A stretch of 64,000 nt of DNA from a bacterium (GTDB lineage: Bacteria > Patescibacteriota > Minisyncoccia > Sungbacterales > SURF-37). Positions within the stretch are counted from its first letter, which is position 1, and every line of letters starts with the position of its first letter. The stretch is taken from NCBI GenBank assembly GCA_030648055.1, contig JAUSHI010000002.1:178-64177 (forward strand). Direction: 5' to 3'. The notes beneath the pieces are model-generated. The model did not search any database and was not told the DNA's origin. It was given only the letters and a program-made list of their open reading frames with translations. Position numbers and translations under genes: made by a program. This document shows positions 1 through 8,465 of the stretch, one piece after another.

Positions 1-311
1 ACTACGATATGGGATCGACCTTACTACAAATGGCCAAGGAAGCGAGAAAGATTTATGTAAACCGAAGCAGTATTGAAATGGTCGACGACAAAAAACTGCT
101 TATGTCCCTTTTATTTTCGAACTCGACGATAAATGGCAAGAAAGTTGAGATTTCATACCACAAAGCCTTCAAAATGGTCTCCGACCGAGTAATGCAGATG
201 TTGGGAGAAAAGATAGACGAAAAAAACACTTTCGAACCGCCAAAAGAGCCCGTCAATAAAGGAAAAACACCAGCTTTCGCTGATGTTAATCCTATCTGGC
301 TCCCCGGGTAG
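1..311 (+). CDS. C-terminal fragment of a probable site-specific recombinase/integrase (5'-partial), ending inside tRNA-Asn
   Basis: The frame is open from the window start. It ends '...TFEP...NPIWLPG*', with the last codons and stop read antisense through the tRNA 3' end, as is typical of tRNA-targeting recombinase genes. The catalytic domain is not visible. Confidence 0.5.
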   Translation, partial: YDMGSTLLQMAKEARKIYVNRSSIEMVDDKKLLMSLLFSNSTINGKKVEISYHKAFKMVSDRVMQMLGEKIDEKNTFEPPKEPVNKGKTPAFADVNPIWLPG

Positions 312-371
312 GGATCGAACCTACGACCGTCGCCTTAACAGGGCGCCGCTCTACCGCTGAGCTACCGGGGA
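297..371 (-). tRNA. tRNA-Asn (GTT), CCA encoded
   Basis: Reverse complement reads TCCCCGGTAGCTCAGCGGTAGAGC...CTGTTAA...GGTTCGATCCC...CCGGGGAGCCA and forms a complete cloverleaf. Confidence 0.95.
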
Positions 372-496
372 ATAGTATTCACTTTTCGGTAGCGAAGCGA
401 TGGTGGGCCACCGTGGAAATACTTAATATATAGTGTAGCAATTTTTATTAAAACGCAAACTGTATTATACAATCCGCAATCCACCTACGCCAAAGT

Positions 497-534
497 TTCT
501 TACTCTGATGTTCTTGAGAACATCAGAGTAAGAA
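497..534. repeat. Palindrome family A copy (TG centre)
   Basis: TTCTTACTCTGATGTTCT-TG-AGAACATCAGAGTAAGAA. Confidence 0.8.
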
Positions 535-555
535 TATAAAAGATCCTGCCCGTAC

Positions 556-564
556 TTATCCACA
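556..564 (+). promoter_or_regulatory. Isolated perfect DnaA box
   Basis: TTATCCACA in an intergenic region. Confidence 0.35.
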
Positions 565-601
565 CTTCCATAAGGCGTTCTATTTATATATACTGGGGCT
601 A

Positions 602-997
602 ATGACAGAAGAAAAACGCCCCGAATTTAAAATTGATGTCGAGCAGGATGGTATTATTCATCTTTTGCTTTCGGGCCATATTAGTTCCGAGAACCTTCAG
701 GGATTGCGCACATGGGCTGAGGATGTTAAGAAAGTTGTTCGCGAAACACACGAAAAAACTGGCCGCAAGGCTCTTGTGGTAACCGATATTAGTAAATTAG
801 AAAATTATCATCCGGAAGCACTGAGTATCCTCGCTCAAATGTTGAAAGATAACGAACCGCATGTTGATAAATCGGCAACTTTTGGCGGAGGGTATTTTAT
901 TACGGTAGCGCAAGATATTGTCACCGCGCTTTCCGGCCGGGAAAATTTTAAAGGATTCAAAACGGAAGAAGAGGCGCTTAATTGGTTAAGGGAATAA
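602..997 (+). CDS. STAS/SEC14 (SpoIIAA-like) domain protein
   Basis: 131 aa with the typical C-terminus 'FKTEEEALNWL'. Confidence 0.7.
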   Translation: MTEEKRPEFKIDVEQDGIIHLLLSGHISSENLQGLRTWAEDVKKVVRETHEKTGRKALVVTDISKLENYHPEALSILAQMLKDNEPHVDKSATFGGGYFITVAQDIVTALSGRENFKGFKTEEEALNWLRE

Positions 998-1025
998 AGC
1001 GCACCCCAGATTATTTTAAAAGAGC

Positions 1026-1619
1026 ATGATTACACGACTCATTGGTTTTGGTTTATTCGGGGGTTCTTTAAAAAATCAGCCTGAAAAAAATGAAATACCG
1101 ACGGAGGACGTAAAAACTACCCGCGCCCGTCAGGAAGTTATTGAATCAATTGAGGCGCGTCTCGGTGCTCGTCGCACTTTCGGGGAGCGTTTTGCCGATG
1201 TCCTTGTTAAGCTGTCCGGTAATTTTAGTTTTGCGATTTTGCACATCCTGGCGTTTGCGGCCTGGATTATTATTAACCTCGGCTTTGTTCCAGATGTTCC
1301 TGCGTTTGACCCTTATCCTTTCAATCTTCTTACCATGACTGTTTCGCTTGAGGCGATATTTCTTTCCATATTCGTGCTTATCAGTCAGAATCGGGAAACA
1401 AAAACAAGCGATCTTCGCCAGGAAGTTGATTTACAGGTGAACATGATTGCCGAGCGCGAAATCACAAAGCTTATTCATCTTGTCGCTTATCTTATGAAGC
1501 ATCTTAATGTGCCCTATGAAAAGGACCCTGAACTGAAGCACATGATGAAACCGCTGGATACCGAAGAAATCCGTTCTGAACTTGAGCGTCAACTCGGTCT
1601 TCCACATCAGCAGAAATAA
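1026..1619 (+). CDS. DUF1003 membrane protein
   Basis: 'FDPYPFNLLTMTVSLEAIFLSIFVLISQNR' motif. Confidence 0.9.
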   Translation: MITRLIGFGLFGGSLKNQPEKNEIPTEDVKTTRARQEVIESIEARLGARRTFGERFADVLVKLSGNFSFAILHILAFAAWIIINLGFVPDVPAFDPYPFNLLTMTVSLEAIFLSIFVLISQNRETKTSDLRQEVDLQVNMIAEREITKLIHLVAYLMKHLNVPYEKDPELKHMMKPLDTEEIRSELERQLGLPHQQK

Positions 1620-1662
1620 AATGAGAAAAATCAGCTGTATCATCTATCGGATTTTTATTACT

Positions 1663-1698
1663 GTTCATTCCAACGTTCTTAAGAACGTTGGAATGAAC
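1663..1698. repeat. Palindrome family A copy (36 bp perfect)
   Basis: GTTCATTCCAACGTTCTT|AAGAACGTTGGAATGAAC. Confidence 0.9.
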
Positions 1699-1860
1699 TA
1701 ATTTGGGTTTTTTGCGTTTAAACGCGGCTCAATTTTATATTTAATGCAAAAATTTTAGCTGACATTTTGTGGGGCGCAGAGCAAATTGAATCAATTGTTC
1801 CTTATAAAAGCCGACATACGTCGGCCTTTTTTAATTACAGAGTTAAAAGATTGTACCCCA

Positions 1861-1898
1861 TCTTCATTCCAACATTCTTAAGAATGTTGGAATGAAGA
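1861..1898. repeat. Palindrome family A copy (38 bp perfect)
   Basis: TCTTCATTCCAACATTCTT|AAGAATGTTGGAATGAAGA. Confidence 0.9.
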
Positions 1899-1967
1899 CC
1901 TTATGTGTTAAAATCTTTGCATCGCCTTTTGTTGACATAAAATATTGTTTTTTGTTACGAATGAGAT

Positions 1968-2237
1968 ATGCAAAAACCACGCCATCTTGAACGAATTGTA
2001 AAGGGATTTTCAAACCATCGTCGCATTGAGATATTGCAACTTCTAAACAAACAGCCAGAGCTTTCGCTTTTTGATATTGCCGACACGCTAGGCATTAACA
2101 CTAAGACAGCACACGAACACATACGCCGTCTTGTGATTGCGGGTCTAGTCATGAAGCGTAGCGACGGCAAGGCGGTACGTCACGCGCTTTCAGAGGTTGG
2201 TAAAACCGTCTTTAAATTTTTGACAACCCTTGATTAA
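1968..2237 (+). CDS. ArsR-like winged HTH transcriptional regulator
   Basis: 'KGFSNHRRIEILQLL...HIRRLVIAGLV' ArsR pattern, 89 aa. Confidence 0.85.
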   Translation: MQKPRHLERIVKGFSNHRRIEILQLLNKQPELSLFDIADTLGINTKTAHEHIRRLVIAGLVMKRSDGKAVRHALSEVGKTVFKFLTTLD

Positions 2238-2246
2238 GGATCAAAA

Positions 2247-2278
2247 ACATTCCAACATTCTTAAGAATGTTGGAATGT
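2247..2278. repeat. Palindrome family A copy (32 bp perfect)
   Basis: ACATTCCAACATTCTT|AAGAATGTTGGAATGT. Confidence 0.9.
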
Positions 2279-2317
2279 AATAATTATATAAATAATTTAA
2301 ATTAATTAAAAAGTTTT

Positions 2318-2956
2318 ATGGAACAAAACGCAGAAATAAATTCGGAAGCATCAAAAAGTTCGCGAATAAAAAAGATTTTATTGTGGACAGTGGCGGTTGT
2401 CGTCGGCGCATTTATTGCGTTGGTTATTTACCGTATTCCGCACGCGATTGAACAGCAAAAGACCGCCGAGGTAGTGGCAAAAATTCATGCCACCAAACTT
2501 ACGTTAGACGATGTGATGGGGAAAAATCTGCCGCCCGAACCTGATCCGGCCGTGAAGGATGCCACTCTTGAAGGAGTTGACGCAAACGGCAATGGTATCC
2601 GCGATGATGTGGAACTCGCCATTTTCAAATTGCATCCTGATTCGGCTCGTATTCGCGCGGCAGAGTTGCAGTATGTGAAAGCATTGCAAATAGAATTGAC
2701 GACGGACGTTTTCAATTCGGAAACATTGGTGGCGACGGTTTGGGAAGAAAGTCGGGGATACTTTTGTATCGATAGAGCAATGCCTAATGTTATCGATTCA
2801 GTATTTTATTCAACGGTAGAAAAAGTCAAGGCCTTCGTCCTTAATACGGAATCACGAAAAAACAAAAAAGAAGAGATTCTAAAAAAATATATGAGTTCAC
2901 ATGCAAATCCTTCAGATAAATTTTGTGACATAGCTCTTAATACACTCCCTAATTAA
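2318..2956 (+). CDS. Membrane-anchored protein with a Ca-binding-like DxNGNGIRDD loop
   Basis: N-terminal TM helix, 'GVDANGNGIRDDVE', two Cys. Confidence 0.7.
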   Translation: MEQNAEINSEASKSSRIKKILLWTVAVVVGAFIALVIYRIPHAIEQQKTAEVVAKIHATKLTLDDVMGKNLPPEPDPAVKDATLEGVDANGNGIRDDVELAIFKLHPDSARIRAAELQYVKALQIELTTDVFNSETLVATVWEESRGYFCIDRAMPNVIDSVFYSTVEKVKAFVLNTESRKNKKEEILKKYMSSHANPSDKFCDIALNTLPN

Positions 2957-5900
2957 ATGAAGTTTTTTATTATAGTTTTAGCTGCAATTTTCTTGTTTTT
3001 ACCTTTTGGGGTATTTGCCTTATGTAGCTCCGACGGTTATACAATTGTATATATTAACGGCATTCGTACAAAGAGTATAGACGATGCAAACACCGACCTC
3101 AATGAGTTGCAAAGAAAATTTATAAAATATTCGTATTTAAATGGAGTCGTATTTCATACTGGTTACAATCCTTCGCACCTTGCCGGCGCGGGTGATCTAA
3201 TTGAGTCGGCATCTCAATTATTTGATTCTTCCGTAAGCGATTATGACTTCAAAAATATTCTTCTTCAGATATATCCGGAAGTGACGACACGGAAAATTCT
3301 TCTCGTGGGGCATTCGCAAGGAACTTTCTATGCTAATAAAATCCACGATTACCTTCTCGCGAACGGCGAAGAGAAAGGGGCGGTTGGTATATATAATGTT
3401 GCGACGCCAGATAGTTCTGTTGCGGGTTATGAAAATGTTCCAAGTCAAGGGGCATATCTTACTTCTCAAAACGATAAAGTTATCAATGCCGTGCGCGCAG
3501 TAGCTTTAAAAGTCGGAGCTAAGCAGCCACTTCCGGCGAACATTGATATCGCGCTTACTCCGCAGGAGGCTGCCGACCCTAATGGTGGCCATTCTTTTAG
3601 CGGTGTATATCTCTCTAACGCTCCGGTTCGCATGGTTTCTGAGATGGAAGACGCGCTTAACAAACTTAACGTATCGGAAGCTCAAGACATACAAGATGGC
3701 GTCGGTTGTTTTATTCCACCGCCGAAAAATTTTTCTTATCGTGTGCAACAAGGACTTTTTGCCGTTGCCGATCCTATGGCGAGCGGCGCAGTTTCTGCTT
3801 ATAATGCAGAGCAGGCCATGGGAACTGCTTTGGGTAACGCGCTTGCGGGCGCCGCGAAAGAAATAAAAAATACAGCAATGGTCCTTTTGGCGTTTAGACA
3901 AAACGCGCCGCAAGCCCCACAAACCGTTTTGCCAACAAGTTTGTCTCAAGTTATTTCAACGCCAGCTCCAAAGACTTCGCAAAAGGCAAACACCAACGAA
4001 ACCCAAATATTAGCGTCAGCGGAATCAATTACGGATAATGTCGGCGGTGCGTCAGATACGGTTTTTGAAAATAATGTTCCGGCGTTAACCCCTGATCCCG
4101 AAATCGCGAATAATCCATCACCGTCGGGTGGTGGTTCTTCCGGCGGTTTTCTTGGCAGTATTTCCGCTCCGGGAGCTGGGGCCGCGCCAGATCCGGTTAA
4201 TAGTTCTGTTTCAATTCAAGAAACATCCACTTCAACTCCGCCATCTCCACCGCCCCCTCCGCCTGCGGATACGGCCGCTCCGGATATTGCTTTTTCAATC
4301 AGTGAATGCGATTCGTCGCTTTCCAGCGATATATGTTTTTTAACTAATCCGGCACTGCATTTGTCGTGGTCGTCAAGCGCAAGTGATACAGATCACTTTG
4401 AAATTGTTTGTGAAGTAAACAGCTCGCCATGCGCGGGTCTTTCTTTTGCTCCGACCAGTGCTACATCAACAGAATATAGCGTGCCAACCGAAAAACAGAC
4501 ATACATTTTCAAAGCAAAAGCGGTTGATGTTACGGGTAATGCGAGTGTGGAAGTTATTCAGACAGTATCTTTCGCCGCAACGCCTGTTGTTATCAACGAA
4601 GTTGCTTGGATGGGAACCGGTTCTAGCGCGACCACAAACAAAGATGAATGGATTGAATTGTATAATTCCACTGATTACTCCGTAAATCTTTCCGGATTTT
4701 CAATTTTATTTTTAGCACCAGGAACAACAACTCCAGCGCAAACTATTTTGCTTACCAATACAATTCCCTCAAAAGGATTTTATTTGATTGAGCGCACAAA
4801 CGATACGGCGGTGTCGGATGTTGCCGCCGATCTTGTTTTTTCATTTGGCGCGAGTGGGCTTTTAAATAGCGGCATGATTTTGCGTCTTGAAAGAGGCGGG
4901 GCGATTATTGACCGTACGCCTGATCTCTGTAGTTCAGCATGGTGCGCCGGTTCATCATCAACATATCAGACAATGGAGCGGATTGGCCCCTTGGCGTCAG
5001 GTGATGGCGCGTCAAACTGGGGAACAGCTCTTAGTGAGTTTATTTTGAATGGCAAGAATGCCGACGGGCAAAATATTAAAGGTACGCCCAAAAAACGAAA
5101 CAGTAAAAATTATTTAATTAGTCAGACCGGCACGATTGTTCAAAATAAAACGCTTACAAAAGCCGATTCGCCGTATATTATTTTACAATCTGGCTTGACC
5201 GTACAATCGGGTGTTACGCTCACGATTGATCCTGGCGTGGTTATGAAATTTGTTGTGCCGAATGAGCCGGCATTAACAGTTAACGGCGCTATTAAATCAA
5301 ATGGAACCGCCGCGGAGCCGGTGGTGTTTACTACTTTTGCCGACGATATATACGGCGGCGATATGAATGCGGACGGTGTGTGTGATTTGGGGAACGCGTC
5401 TTCAACTGCTTCTTGTCCGGCAGTGGGAAGCTGGAAACAGATATTTATCAGCGCATTGAGCGTTGGTTCGGAGTTTCATAATACTATTGTTCGCTATGGC
5501 GGGAAGTGGTTTTCCAATATGACATTTCGCGGCATGGTGGATGTTGATTCAACGCCGGTGGTATTTGACGCGGCAACTTTTGAATACGCGGAACAATACG
5601 GGTTGCAGTTGAGCGCTTCCGACTCTCAGATACAGAACAGCGTTTTTCGTAACAATAATAAGTACAGTGATTCTATTGGGCTTTATGCTGTTGGCGGTTC
5701 GCCGGTTATTTCTCAAAATACTTTCCAGCAGAATAGAACCGGCCTTCAGCTTGTGGGCTCTTTGGCGACAGTAGGCGGCAATACTTTTACTGATAATAGT
5801 TCTTATGCTGTTTATTCATCGGGATTGGCCGGCATGTTTACACAAAACTCCGGTTCGGGTAACGGAAAAAATGGTATTTTGCTTTTTGGCCAGATTGTTG

Positions 5901-6538
5901 CTGTGGGGGCCACAACAACACTGGAAGCCAATTCCATTCCATATATAATTAGCAGTTCCGATGTAACTTTGCCTGGTGGCGCCGGATTAGTAGTGAATCC
6001 AGGAACTGAATTTAGGGGTGATTATGACGCGGCTTTAAACGTGAACGGAACGATGACTCTTGGCGGTGTTAATAAAAGCGATATAATTTTCACATCTCTT
6101 AGCGATTCTGCCTCGATATGGGGAGGGTGGAAAGGAATTTTAGTGAATGCCGGAGGATTTGTTTCCGGAGGAGGGTTTACTCTTCGTTATGGCGGCGGCT
6201 CTCCATCGGTTTGTCTTTCTTCTTGCGCCGGTTTCAGGATTAATGGCGGCAGAGTTGAGCTTACAAACGCATTGATTGAAAAAAATTATACGGCGGGAAT
6301 GAGGATTATTAACAGCGCTTCAACAACCCTTTCCAATTTTGAATTTAACCAGCACCGGACTCCGAGCGGCCAGTCTACCGGTTTAATCCTTTCAGGGTCC
6401 AGCATGGCTTTGGATAGCGCTTCATTTTCTGATAACGATTTCGGCATTTCTTCTAGCGCGTCTTCTATATCTTTGATGAATGCGCCGATTTTTATTAATA
6501 ATGGGGTTAACACATCTCCGGCGAATTTGTTTCCATAG
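2957..6538 (+). CDS. Large secreted/surface protein: alpha/beta-hydrolase-like N-terminus, Pro-rich linker, lamin-tail domain, right-handed beta-helix repeats
   Basis: Signal peptide, GHSQG nucleophile elbow, 'VVINEVAWMG...DEWIELYN' lamin-tail motif, PbH1-like repeats. Confidence 0.75.
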   Translation: MKFFIIVLAAIFLFLPFGVFALCSSDGYTIVYINGIRTKSIDDANTDLNELQRKFIKYSYLNGVVFHTGYNPSHLAGAGDLIESASQLFDSSVSDYDFKNILLQIYPEVTTRKILLVGHSQGTFYANKIHDYLLANGEEKGAVGIYNVATPDSSVAGYENVPSQGAYLTSQNDKVINAVRAVALKVGAKQPLPANIDIALTPQEAADPNGGHSFSGVYLSNAPVRMVSEMEDALNKLNVSEAQDIQDGVGCFIPPPKNFSYRVQQGLFAVADPMASGAVSAYNAEQAMGTALGNALAGAAKEIKNTAMVLLAFRQNAPQAPQTVLPTSLSQVISTPAPKTSQKANTNETQILASAESITDNVGGASDTVFENNVPALTPDPEIANNPSPSGGGSSGGFLGSISAPGAGAAPDPVNSSVSIQETSTSTPPSPPPPPPADTAAPDIAFSISECDSSLSSDICFLTNPALHLSWSSSASDTDHFEIVCEVNSSPCAGLSFAPTSATSTEYSVPTEKQTYIFKAKAVDVTGNASVEVIQTVSFAATPVVINEVAWMGTGSSATTNKDEWIELYNSTDYSVNLSGFSILFLAPGTTTPAQTILLTNTIPSKGFYLIERTNDTAVSDVAADLVFSFGASGLLNSGMILRLERGGAIIDRTPDLCSSAWCAGSSSTYQTMERIGPLASGDGASNWGTALSEFILNGKNADGQNIKGTPKKRNSKNYLISQTGTIVQNKTLTKADSPYIILQSGLTVQSGVTLTIDPGVVMKFVVPNEPALTVNGAIKSNGTAAEPVVFTTFADDIYGGDMNADGVCDLGNASSTASCPAVGSWKQIFISALSVGSEFHNTIVRYGGKWFSNMTFRGMVDVDSTPVVFDAATFEYAEQYGLQLSASDSQIQNSVFRNNNKYSDSIGLYAVGGSPVISQNTFQQNRTGLQLVGSLATVGGNTFTDNSSYAVYSSGLAGMFTQNSGSGNGKNGILLFGQIVAVGATTTLEANSIPYIISSSDVTLPGGAGLVVNPGTEFRGDYDAALNVNGTMTLGGVNKSDIIFTSLSDSASIWGGWKGILVNAGGFVSGGGFTLRYGGGSPSVCLSSCAGFRINGGRVELTNALIEKNYTAGMRIINSASTTLSNFEFNQHRTPSGQSTGLILSGSSMALDSASFSDNDFGISSSASSISLMNAPIFINNGVNTSPANLFP

Positions 6539-6576
6539 TTTTTAGGCTGCGTTAAAATCTCAAAACGCTTACAAAC

Positions 6577-6606
6577 CATTCTCAAATTCTTAAGAATTTG
6601 AGAATG
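6577..6606. repeat. Palindrome family A copy (30 bp, compensatory variant)
   Basis: CATTCTCAAATTCTT|AAGAATTTGAGAATG. Confidence 0.85.
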
Positions 6607-6657
6607 AATTTATTTGGGGTTTCTTGCGTTTAAGCGCGGTGTGATATAACAAAGGTA

Positions 6658-7746
6658 ATGCGGATTATTTTTCATATTGATATGGACGCGTTTTTTGCCT
6701 CCGTTGAGGAGCGGGATAAGCCATGGCTGAAGGGCAAGCCGGTTGTGGTGGGTGCGGATCCGAAGCACGGCAAAGGACGGGGCGTGGTTTCAACCGCGAA
6801 CTACAAAGCGCGGGAATATGGGATTCATTCGGCGCAACCAATATCGGTCGCGTGGAGGTTGTCGGAAAATGCGGTAAGAGAAGGAAAACCGCGGGTGTAT
6901 TTTTTGGGTGGCGATTTTCAGTCATACGGAAAAGCATCCGGCGAGATAATGGCGATATTGCGGAAGCACGGCGATAAAATAGAGCCGGCTTCAATTGATG
7001 AGGCGTATTTGGATGTAACAAGCGCGGAAAGTTTTGAGAAGGCAGAAAAGCTCGCGCAAAAAATTAAAAATGAAATAAAAAAGAAAGAGCGTCTTACCGC
7101 TTCAATCGGCATCGGCCCGAATAAGCTCATTGCCAAGATGGCCTCCGGAATGAATAAGCCCGACGGGCTTACGGTTATTCAGCCCGAAGACGTTCAAAAA
7201 TTTCTTGACTCGCAACCGGTTGAAGCAATTCCTGGTATTGGCCCTAAGAGCGGAAGAATTTTAAAATTTAAGGGCATTAAAACTATTGCCGACCTTCGTA
7301 AGATGGCGCGCGCCGAACTTATCAAAGCATTCGGTAAATGTGGCGAGGGGATGGCGGAGAGCGCGAGAGGGGTTGATGACAGCGCGGTGACCGAAGAGCG
7401 CGAAACGAAATCAATCGGCGAGCAGGAAACATTTGAAAAAGATACGCTCGATCCCGGCATACTAATAAAAGCACTTCAAGGTTTGGCTGAAAGCGTTTTT
7501 AATTCGGTGCAAAAGGGAAAATTAATTTTTAAAACCGTTTCTATTGCGGTGCGCTTTGAAGATTTTGAGACCAAAAGCCGCGCGCATACTCTCAAAAAGG
7601 CGATTAGCGATAACAAAACTTTTGAAGCCGAGGCGCTAAAATTATTTTTACCGTTTTTAGACAGGCGAGAAAACCCAAAAAAGAAATTAATCCGCCTTAT
7701 TGGCGTCAGAGCCGAACACCTTCAGCGCCAAGGCGAACTTTTTTGA
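6658..7746 (+). CDS. dinB: DNA polymerase IV (Y family)
   Basis: 'HIDMDAFFASVE', 'SIDEAYLD', 'NKLIAKMAS...KPDG'. Confidence 0.95.
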   Translation: MRIIFHIDMDAFFASVEERDKPWLKGKPVVVGADPKHGKGRGVVSTANYKAREYGIHSAQPISVAWRLSENAVREGKPRVYFLGGDFQSYGKASGEIMAILRKHGDKIEPASIDEAYLDVTSAESFEKAEKLAQKIKNEIKKKERLTASIGIGPNKLIAKMASGMNKPDGLTVIQPEDVQKFLDSQPVEAIPGIGPKSGRILKFKGIKTIADLRKMARAELIKAFGKCGEGMAESARGVDDSAVTEERETKSIGEQETFEKDTLDPGILIKALQGLAESVFNSVQKGKLIFKTVSIAVRFEDFETKSRAHTLKKAISDNKTFEAEALKLFLPFLDRRENPKKKLIRLIGVRAEHLQRQGELF

Positions 7747-7750
7747 AAAG

Positions 7751-7787
7751 TTCATTCCAACATTCTTAAGAATGTTGGAATTATGAA
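7751..7787. repeat. Palindrome family A copy (3-nt insertion in the right arm)
   Basis: TTCATTCCAACATTCTT|AAGAATGTTGGAAT-TAT-GAA. Confidence 0.85.
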
Positions 7788-7857
7788 GGATTTCTTGAAA
7801 AACAAAAGCCCGCAAGAGGGCGGGCAGGATATAAAAAAGAAAGAATAAGGAAGAAAG

Positions 7858-8043
7858 TTACATGCTTGGCCTGCTTTGCATCGAGGCGTGAAGTTTGATT
7901 GCATCCGCAATCTCTTTCATGGCGGCCGCTTGCGCAAGAGTTGCGTAGGCGAGTGCTAAACGCGTGTCTGCTCCGTTGTATTGTTTATAATTCGTTAATG
8001 CTTCGATGGCTTTGTCGCGAAGCTCTCGGAAACAAGACTTCAT
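7858..8043 (-). CDS. Small hypothetical protein (61 aa)
   Basis: AAGGAGG SD before the ATG at 8043; helical, Ala-rich. Confidence 0.55.
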   Translation of the reverse strand: MKSCFRELRDKAIEALTNYKQYNGADTRLALAYATLAQAAAMKEIADAIKLHASMQSRPSM

Positions 8044-8250
8044 GTTTTTATTCCTCCTTGGTTTATTTTTAAATAACAATTTTATTAGTTGCATTTTTTC
8101 GCGCACAAGTCAAGGGGTTGTACGGTTAACCTTATAAGGCGACAATCTTGCGTGATTGAGGCGAGCTTTTTTGAAAATTGACCGCGGAATCCGTTTTCTG
8201 CTACATTTGGGTCAAGCACCTTGAATGTAAATATTACGGAGGCAACTCGG

Positions 8251-8409
8251 ATGACTACATGCCCCATCTGCGCGAATTACCGAACGGAAGAAGTAAATTT
8301 CGTGACACGGCGATGCCCACGGTGCGATTTTTCGTGGAATCCATGGGCGTACCACTGGGCGATTGAAAAGGCGGTGCAGGCGTATTTCAGAAGGAGGGCT
8401 AACGGATGA
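8251..8409 (+). CDS. Small zinc-ribbon protein (52 aa)
   Basis: GGAGG SD; CPIC...CPRC. Confidence 0.6.
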   Translation: MTTCPICANYRTEEVNFVTRRCPRCDFSWNPWAYHWAIEKAVQAYFRRRANG

Positions 8410-8430
8410 TAGCGAAAAAACGGATAAATA

Positions 8431-8459
8431 AAAAATCCCTGCGAGTGCAGGGTTTTTTT
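8431..8459. terminator. Bidirectional intrinsic terminator
   Basis: AAAAATCCCTGC-GAGT-GCAGGGTTTTTT between convergent genes. Confidence 0.7.
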
Positions 8460-8465
8460 CTTTTT

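Noticed and set aside
1663..2278. CRISPR array made of the ~36-bp palindromic repeats
   Set aside because: Spacing is irregular (about 160 bp to kilobases) with whole genes in between, the repeats are loop-less palindromes, and no cas genes are present.
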